A stretch of DNA of 64,000 nucleotides, taken from assembly GCA_025808415.1 (NCBI GenBank), contig CP075525.1, positions 3,974,525-4,038,524 of the forward strand, read 5' to 3'. This document shows positions 58,217-64,000 of this stretch, in pieces. The notes below the pieces were generated by a model that saw only the letters and a program-made list of their open reading frames with translations, did no database searches and was not told where the DNA came from. The position numbers and the translations under genes are program-made. Position 1 is the first letter of the stretch. The number at the start of each line of letters is the position of its first letter. The stretch comes from Cyclobacteriaceae bacterium (lineage in GTDB: Bacteria; Bacteroidota; Bacteroidia; Cytophagales; Cyclobacteriaceae).

Positions 58217-59677
58217 TCAGGCAAGAATGGCATCAATCACTTCAAAGGCTGCGCGTTCGCCCGAATTAAGCGCACCACTTACGGTACCATATTCACCCTT
58301 GTCGTCTGTGGCTTCACCGGCAAAAAATAATTTGTCACCAACAGGCTCAGCCAACACCGTGCGATCGGCATTGGAGCCTCCCGGCAAGGGGTAAGAAAAT
58401 CCACCTTTAATTAATGGATCTTTTGTCCAATCCTTCATGGTGTACACCAACGAATTGTCTGCCGTATCCCTTCGGATGTTATTGGTCGCCAGGCTTCCAC
58501 CAAAAACGGTGTCCATTTCAGCAAGCAATTGCTGCACGGCTAAATCGCCCGGCAGCAAACTAAGCTGTTCAGCCTTTGGTCCGTTTATCGTAATGGAAAG
58601 TGTTTTATTTAATGTGCTCCGGCCAATGGCCGAATTCAGGTAATCAGGCCCTTGCACTCCGCCCAGCAAAGCGGCCATAGCCTCACCGTAAAAATTGCGT
58701 TTAAACTCCAGTATTAAGCGGATGGAAGCATCCATACCAATGCGGCTCATGGCACTTGATTTTGATGACGGCAGCGATGGGGTGAAACTTATATCGCCTG
58801 CTTTTAAAATGGAAACCGGAACCGTAACGATTACTTTATCAACGGTGTCCGTTCCGTTGGAATGTGAAATTTCAACCTTCTCGCCACCATAGTTTACCGA
58901 CTGCACTTTAGCATTAAATTGAATGGAGGATACTGCGCGCACATAGCGCGACAATAAAACATCCTGCAAAGGATTGGAGCTTGAAGTGAACTCTTTGCCA
59001 TCGTGTTCAATAAGCGCCAGGGCCTCGGCCAATGCATTTGCCCCTATCCTGTCGGATGATGAACCATAGCGGTTGCCCAGCCACGAGTTTATAAGTGTTT
59101 GTACGCGTATGGCAATACCTGCACCCTGGGCTGCCTGTAACACGGTGGTGTTGGCTCCACCGCTAAACGCAGCGAATGTGTCCCTGAAATTTTTGGCCGT
59201 AACAAAGTCTGCATCCAGCAAAGCATCTTCTTCACTAAAAAATGCATCTTCAATAATGTAACCATCTGTACTTAATGCCCTGAAATCAACCACCGGCACT
59301 TTCATCAACTTAACAATCTCTGCCCATCGCGAATCGGAACCGATAATCCTGTCCGCACCAAGTTCAAGCGGAAAATCAGAATAGGGTAATGCAGCCGGAA
59401 AAACGGTTAACGAATCAGTAGATATATCGCTTCTCCTGAAAGTCCGTACCCTTCCTCCTACCTGGTCGGAGGCTTCGAAAATCTTAACCTTCACACCTTT
59501 TGAAATGAGAATGTCTGCGGCTAATAAACCTGCTGCACCGGCACCGATAATGCCCACAACGCCATCATATTTGATCTCCGGTCCGGGATCATCCGCTTTA
59601 CATGAACCCAACCAGGGCAATGCCAGCCCTGCCGATAAACCCAACCCGATTTGTTTAATTGCTTTTCTGCGCTTCAC
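58217..59677 (-). CDS. Exported FAD-dependent amine oxidase (flavin monoamine / L-amino-acid oxidase family) lipoprotein
   Basis: Twin-arginine-like n-region MKRRKAIKQIG plus the lipobox LGSC, the FAD-binding VGIIGAGAAGLLAA, and the C-terminal FFAGEAT motif of amine oxidases. Confidence 0.8.
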   Translation of the reverse strand: MKRRKAIKQIGLGLSAGLALPWLGSCKADDPGPEIKYDGVVGIIGAGAAGLLAADILISKGVKVKIFEASDQVGGRVRTFRRSDISTDSLTVFPAALPYSDFPLELGADRIIGSDSRWAEIVKLMKVPVVDFRALSTDGYIIEDAFFSEEDALLDADFVTAKNFRDTFAAFSGGANTTVLQAAQGAGIAIRVQTLINSWLGNRYGSSSDRIGANALAEALALIEHDGKEFTSSSNPLQDVLLSRYVRAVSSIQFNAKVQSVNYGGEKVEISHSNGTDTVDKVIVTVPVSILKAGDISFTPSLPSSKSSAMSRIGMDASIRLILEFKRNFYGEAMAALLGGVQGPDYLNSAIGRSTLNKTLSITINGPKAEQLSLLPGDLAVQQLLAEMDTVFGGSLATNNIRRDTADNSLVYTMKDWTKDPLIKGGFSYPLPGGSNADRTVLAEPVGDKLFFAGEATDDKGEYGTVSGALNSGERAAFEVIDAILA

Positions 59678-59743
59678 CGTGTGCTTATTTCCTGAAAGAT
59701 AACGATCATTAGAGTTTTAAGAAAATGCCCCAAAGTTGAGCCC

Positions 59744-60298
59744 ATGTATACCCCAAGCAATGGAAAGGTAAAACGAATTGCTATTGTTGGGCCGGAATGT
59801 ACCGGTAAAACAGATCTTTCAATGGCCCTGGCCGAACATTACGAAACGGTGTGGGTGCCCGAATATGCACGTGGTTATATCGGGCGGCTCGATCGACCAT
59901 ACCAACAAGCCGACCTGTACACCATTGCCCAGTGGCAGCTCTTTACGGAGGATGAGCTTGCTTTAAAAGCCAACATGCTACTGATCTGCGACACTGACCT
60001 TACCGTAATTAAAGTGTGGAGTGAGTTCAAATACGGAAATTGTGATGCTAAAATTTTGTCGATGATGAAATCGCGCAGGTACGATTTGCACCTGCTTACC
60101 GGCATTGATATACCGTGGGAGAATGACCCGCAACGCGAGCATCCGGATAAGCGCGAATACTTTTACAACCTTTATAAAAATGAATTGCTGGCGCAAGGCA
60201 TCACCCCGGTGGAAATAAGTGGTGACCGGCAAACACGAAAAGCATTGGCCATTGCAGCCATTGATGCCCTGGCCAACCCAAATCGCCTTACCACATAA
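59744..60298 (+). CDS. NadR-type AAA ATPase / ribosylnicotinamide kinase-like protein
   Basis: Walker A IVGPECTGKTDL followed by VPEYARGY and CDTDL, as in the NadR C-terminal RNK domain. Confidence 0.6.
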   Translation: MYTPSNGKVKRIAIVGPECTGKTDLSMALAEHYETVWVPEYARGYIGRLDRPYQQADLYTIAQWQLFTEDELALKANMLLICDTDLTVIKVWSEFKYGNCDAKILSMMKSRRYDLHLLTGIDIPWENDPQREHPDKREYFYNLYKNELLAQGITPVEISGDRQTRKALAIAAIDALANPNRLTT

Positions 60299-60356
60299 AA
60301 GTTGTTTTGGTTTTGAAGGTAAAATGATACCTTCCTTCCAGCTAAACCTAAATACC

Positions 60357-61646
60357 ATGAGCTCCCGCAGATCTTTCTTCCGCAAGTCATTCGGCCTTGC
60401 CGGAACATTTGCCCTTACACCCCTTGCCCAACAAGCACTTGCTGAAGATGTTGCCGGTGCCCTTCTTTCTTTGAATAAACTTACCCCGCTCGATGCTGCC
60501 ACTGACGAGGAACTTTGGGCACGTATGGCGCAGGCCTACACCGTTTCCCCAAACATCCTAAACCTGAACAATGGCGGTGTTAGCCCACAACCAAAAGTAG
60601 TGCAAGATGCCGTTGACCGGTATTATCACTTGAGCAACGAGGCCCCCACCTATTACATGTGGCAAATATTGGATAAAGGCCGGGAGGCCGTGCGAAGAAA
60701 ACTGGCAGACCTGGCCGGTACCTCACCCGAAGAACTGGCGGTTAACCGTAATGCCACCGAGGCACTTGATACAGTAACCTGGGGATTAACGATGGCAAAA
60801 GGCGATGAGATTGTGATGACCAAACAAGACTACCCCAACATGGTACAGGCCTGGAAACAAAAAGAAATGCGCGATGGCATAAAAATAAAGTGGATAAGCT
60901 TTAACCTGCCCATTGAAAATGATGATGCTTTCGTAAAAGAGTTCATCAATGCCACCACAGCCAAAACAAAAATCTGGCACATCACACACATGATCAATTG
61001 GACCGGCCAAATTTTGCCGGTAAAAAAGTTATGTGAAGAAGCACGCAAACGAAACATTATCTCTATAGTTGATGGAGCCCACACGTTTGCCCACATGGAT
61101 TTCAGTATTAAAGATTTTAATCCCGATTATTATGGAACCAGTTTACACAAATGGTTAAGCGCACCATTTGGCACAGGCATGTTGTATGTTAAAAGGGAAA
61201 ACATTGCCGGCTTGTGGCCATTATTCCCCAACGATAAACCCACTGACAGTAACATCCGAAAATTTGAAACATTAGGCACCCGATCGTTTGCCCCGGAGCA
61301 AGCCATTGGCCAGGCGATTGATTTTCACAACGGCATTGGCAGCAAGCGCAAGGAAGAAAGGCTTCGGTATTTAAAAAATTACTGGTGTGATAAGGTAGCC
61401 AGAAATCCGCGGATCAAACTTCATGTTTCCATGAAACCGGAATATGCCTGTGCCTTAGGAACGTTTTCAGTTGATGGAATTGACCCTGGTGATGTAACCG
61501 CCCGCTTGTTTAACGAACATCAAATTCACACCACTTCCATTAAGTGGGAGAACATCAGTTGTGTGCGTGTAACACCACATGTGTATACCTCAACCAAAGA
61601 CCTTGACAGGTTTGTGGATGCCGTATGGAAGATCGCTACCTCATGA
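60357..61646 (+). CDS. Tat-signal class V-fold PLP-dependent enzyme (isopenicillin-N-epimerase / cysteine-desulfurase-like)
   Basis: Near-consensus Tat motif MSSRRSFFRKSFGLAGTFALTPLAQQALA, the PLP-lysine region GTSLHKWLSAPFGTG, and a DGAH motif. An alternative ATG at 60324 is possible. Confidence 0.8.
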   Translation: MSSRRSFFRKSFGLAGTFALTPLAQQALAEDVAGALLSLNKLTPLDAATDEELWARMAQAYTVSPNILNLNNGGVSPQPKVVQDAVDRYYHLSNEAPTYYMWQILDKGREAVRRKLADLAGTSPEELAVNRNATEALDTVTWGLTMAKGDEIVMTKQDYPNMVQAWKQKEMRDGIKIKWISFNLPIENDDAFVKEFINATTAKTKIWHITHMINWTGQILPVKKLCEEARKRNIISIVDGAHTFAHMDFSIKDFNPDYYGTSLHKWLSAPFGTGMLYVKRENIAGLWPLFPNDKPTDSNIRKFETLGTRSFAPEQAIGQAIDFHNGIGSKRKEERLRYLKNYWCDKVARNPRIKLHVSMKPEYACALGTFSVDGIDPGDVTARLFNEHQIHTTSIKWENISCVRVTPHVYTSTKDLDRFVDAVWKIATS

Positions 61647-64000
61647 AGCGTTTTGGGTTTTTACTGCTGTTATTCATTGTTGGATGTGCTCCCCGTCCAA
61701 AAAAGGCAACACTTGAAATCAACGGACTTATCAGTGTGGTTGAGGTAATGCGGGATGAGCATGGTGTTAATCATATTTTCGCCACTAACGAACACGACTT
61801 GTTTTTTGCACAAGGTTATTGTGCCGCTAAAGACCGACTCTTCCAATTTGAACTGTGGCGCAGACAGGCCTCAGGCACCGTTGCCGAAATACTGGGTGAG
61901 CGTGAACTACAACGCGATATTGGTGCACGCCTTTTTAAGTACAGGGGCAACCTGAAAACCGAACTAAACCATTACCACCCGCGTGGCGAGTCTATTATTC
62001 AGGCTTTTACTGATGGCATCAATGCCTTTATCGCACAAACAGAGAATGACCCCGAACTGCTCTCACCCGAATTCAAACTGCTTGGTATCACTCCGGGCTT
62101 TTGGACACCCGACCTGGTTATCTCACGCCATCAAGGTTTATTGGGCAACCTGACTGATGAACTGGCTATTGCACGCTCGGTAATTTTACTGGGCAAAGAA
62201 AAAGTCAAAGACGTAAAGGTATTTGAACCTGGCGAGCCAGAACTTACACTTGATGGAGCAATTGAGCCACAAGGACTTTTCGAAAATGTTATCGGGCCCT
62301 ATGAAGCTTTCCGCAAACCCATAACATTCACACCCAACGATGTGATAGCGCATAGTAATCGTGATATGCGCCTATTCAATGCGCTTGTTGTGGAGGATCA
62401 GCGTAGATATGAAGAAATGAACTCTGCCGAGCACCGAACCATTGGCAGCAACAACTGGATTGTTACGGGAGAAAAATCAATCACCGGCTTTCCATTGCTG
62501 GCAAACGATCCCCATCGGGCTGTTGCAGTCCCTTCGTTACGCTATATGGTGCACCTGAATGCCCCCGGCTGGAATGTAGTAGGTGGTGGTGAACCCACCA
62601 TACCCGGTATATCCATAGGCCATAATGATTATGGCGCATGGGGTTTAACTATTTTCAACATTGATGGCGAAGACCTGATGGTTTATGAAATCAATCCACG
62701 CAACCCAAACCAATACAAATACAAAAACGGTTGGGAGGAGATGACTTTAATTAAAGACACCATTCGGGTAAAAGGATCGGCTGATGTTTACGTAACACAC
62801 CAATACACGCGGCATGGACCGGTAACCTTTGTTGATCAAAAACGAAACAAAGCTTATGCTGTACGTTGCGCCTGGCTTGAGCCGGGCGGTGCTCCATACC
62901 TGGCAAGCCTGCGCATGAATACTGCCACTACATGGGAAGAGTTCCGCGAAGCTTGCACGTACAGCCACATTCCTGGGGAAAATATGATTTGGGCTGACAA
63001 AACCGGAAACACAGGTTGGCAAGTTGTGGGTATTGCGCCTGTAAGAAAAAACTGGAGTGGCTTAGTGCCGGTGCCGGGCGATGGCCGATTTGAATGGGAT
63101 GGCTACCTGCCGGTGAAGCAACTTCCACACCTCCATAATCCTGAAAAAAAATTCTGGGCAACCGCTAATGAAAACCTGGTACCTGAAAATTATGAATACA
63201 GGAATTCAGTAGGTTGGGAATGGGCCGACAGTAGTCGTGCCATACGGATAAATGCAGTATTGGCCGAAAATAAAAAATTCAGTGTGGCGGATATGCAAAA
63301 ACTTCAATTTGATTATTTCTCCATTCCGGCCAGCGAACTTGTTCCTTATTTGAAAAATTTAACTTTTCCTGATCGCAAACTTGATAGCCTAAGAAAAATT
63401 GTAACACAGTGGAATTTTGTGCTCGATAAAAATTCGGTTGAAGCAGGTATATATTTTGCCTGGGAAAAGCAATTGCGGGAACGTGCACACCCTCTTTTTG
63501 TTCCTGCTAAGGCACAGCAATGGATTAAAACAGTACCCGTAAAAAAATTAATTCACTGGATCAAATCCGATCGGCCAGAACTTAATGGCAGGGATACTTT
63601 TATGGCCATTTGCTTTACCGAAGCTGTAAAAAACCTTCGTGTGAAATTAGGTGCTGACGAGAAAAAATGGAATTACGGCCAGCCCTTATACCACCATGTA
63701 TTAATAAAACATGTACTTAGTAATGCCTTAAATGATTCGCTCCAAAAAATATTTAATTGTGGGCCTCTGCCACGCGGGGGCTCGGGCTCAACGCCCGGTG
63801 TAACCAGCAACAACGATAACCAAAGCCATGGCGCAACCTTTCGTATGATTGCCGATTTATCTGATTGGGACAATACTTCCTTTACCAACGCGCCCGGTCA
63901 AAGTGGTGATATCAGAAGCCCGTTTTATAACAACCTCTTTAGCGGTTGGGCTAACGATGAACATTTTATGGTTCCTTTTTCGAAGGAAAAAATTAAAGCG
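61643..64000 (+). CDS. Penicillin acylase-family Ntn-hydrolase lipoprotein (possible acyl-homoserine-lactone acylase); C-terminus off-window
   Basis: Absent from the ORF track because it has no stop in the window. Hand translation gives 786 open codons starting MKRFGFLLLLFIVGCAP (lipobox). DLFFAQGYCAAKDRLFQFELWRR is present, as is the autoprocessing site TIGSNNWIV (Ser codon at 62447..62449). The start overlaps the upstream stop in an ATGA arrangement. Confidence 0.9.
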   Translation, partial: MKRFGFLLLLFIVGCAPRPKKATLEINGLISVVEVMRDEHGVNHIFATNEHDLFFAQGYCAAKDRLFQFELWRRQASGTVAEILGERELQRDIGARLFKYRGNLKTELNHYHPRGESIIQAFTDGINAFIAQTENDPELLSPEFKLLGITPGFWTPDLVISRHQGLLGNLTDELAIARSVILLGKEKVKDVKVFEPGEPELTLDGAIEPQGLFENVIGPYEAFRKPITFTPNDVIAHSNRDMRLFNALVVEDQRRYEEMNSAEHRTIGSNNWIVTGEKSITGFPLLANDPHRAVAVPSLRYMVHLNAPGWNVVGGGEPTIPGISIGHNDYGAWGLTIFNIDGEDLMVYEINPRNPNQYKYKNGWEEMTLIKDTIRVKGSADVYVTHQYTRHGPVTFVDQKRNKAYAVRCAWLEPGGAPYLASLRMNTATTWEEFREACTYSHIPGENMIWADKTGNTGWQVVGIAPVRKNWSGLVPVPGDGRFEWDGYLPVKQLPHLHNPEKKFWATANENLVPENYEYRNSVGWEWADSSRAIRINAVLAENKKFSVADMQKLQFDYFSIPASELVPYLKNLTFPDRKLDSLRKIVTQWNFVLDKNSVEAGIYFAWEKQLRERAHPLFVPAKAQQWIKTVPVKKLIHWIKSDRPELNGRDTFMAICFTEAVKNLRVKLGADEKKWNYGQPLYHHVLIKHVLSNALNDSLQKIFNCGPLPRGGSGSTPGVTSNNDNQSHGATFRMIADLSDWDNTSFTNAPGQSGDIRSPFYNNLFSGWANDEHFMVPFSKEKIKA

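Overview
This window reads as a largely housekeeping stretch of a Bacteroidota chromosome, probably Cytophagia or Flavobacteriia-like. The lineage call rests on three things: TAnnTTTG -7 promoter boxes, no obvious Shine-Dalgarno use, and typical gene content (SurA/PpiC genes with MoxR, ileS-lspA, FtsX/MacB permeases). Coding density is very high, and several convergent gene pairs have 0-2 nt between their stops.

Two genes run off the window edges and are missing from the ORF track. I recovered both by hand translation: a 5' part of katG (1..1114, minus strand) and a penicillin/AHL-acylase family lipoprotein (61643..64000, plus strand).

Main blocks:
- katG/oxyR
- CoA-transferase, cysteine desulfurase, glmM
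- a RelE/YafQ-type toxin-antitoxin pair
- mazG
- a Usp-Kef operon
- two tandem orphan histidine kinases
- GlyRS, an MtfA-like peptidase and an MMPL transporter
- a compact Vsr + HTH-fused C5-methyltransferase + PD-ExK endonuclease cassette
- ileS-lspA
- a System I cytochrome c maturation cluster (ccmBCDEF) whose CcmE carries the variant CxxxY motif
- a nucleotide-sugar / WecA-like cluster
- pheS and hbd
- a triple SurA/PpiC + MoxR operon
- an RsbU/RsbV/RsbW-like partner-switching module
- guaB and rlpA
- a TetR-ABC-HlyD-TolC efflux operon with a catalytically degenerate ABC ATPase
- a cluster of exported cofactor enzymes (FAD amine oxidase, Tat-signal PLP enzyme, acylase)

I found no rRNA, tRNA, CRISPR array, transposase or integrase. 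I cannot point to one clear novel system. The observations most worth follow-up are:
- the nested, mutually exclusive inverted repeats in the 279-nt ccmD-ccmE spacer
- the variant System I cluster
- the degenerate ABC exporter
- the Tat-PLP enzyme translationally coupled to the acylase
- the sigma-less partner-switching module
- the heptad-periodic AT-rich arrays in gene leaders

All functional calls come from motif and family recognition by eye; no database searches were run.
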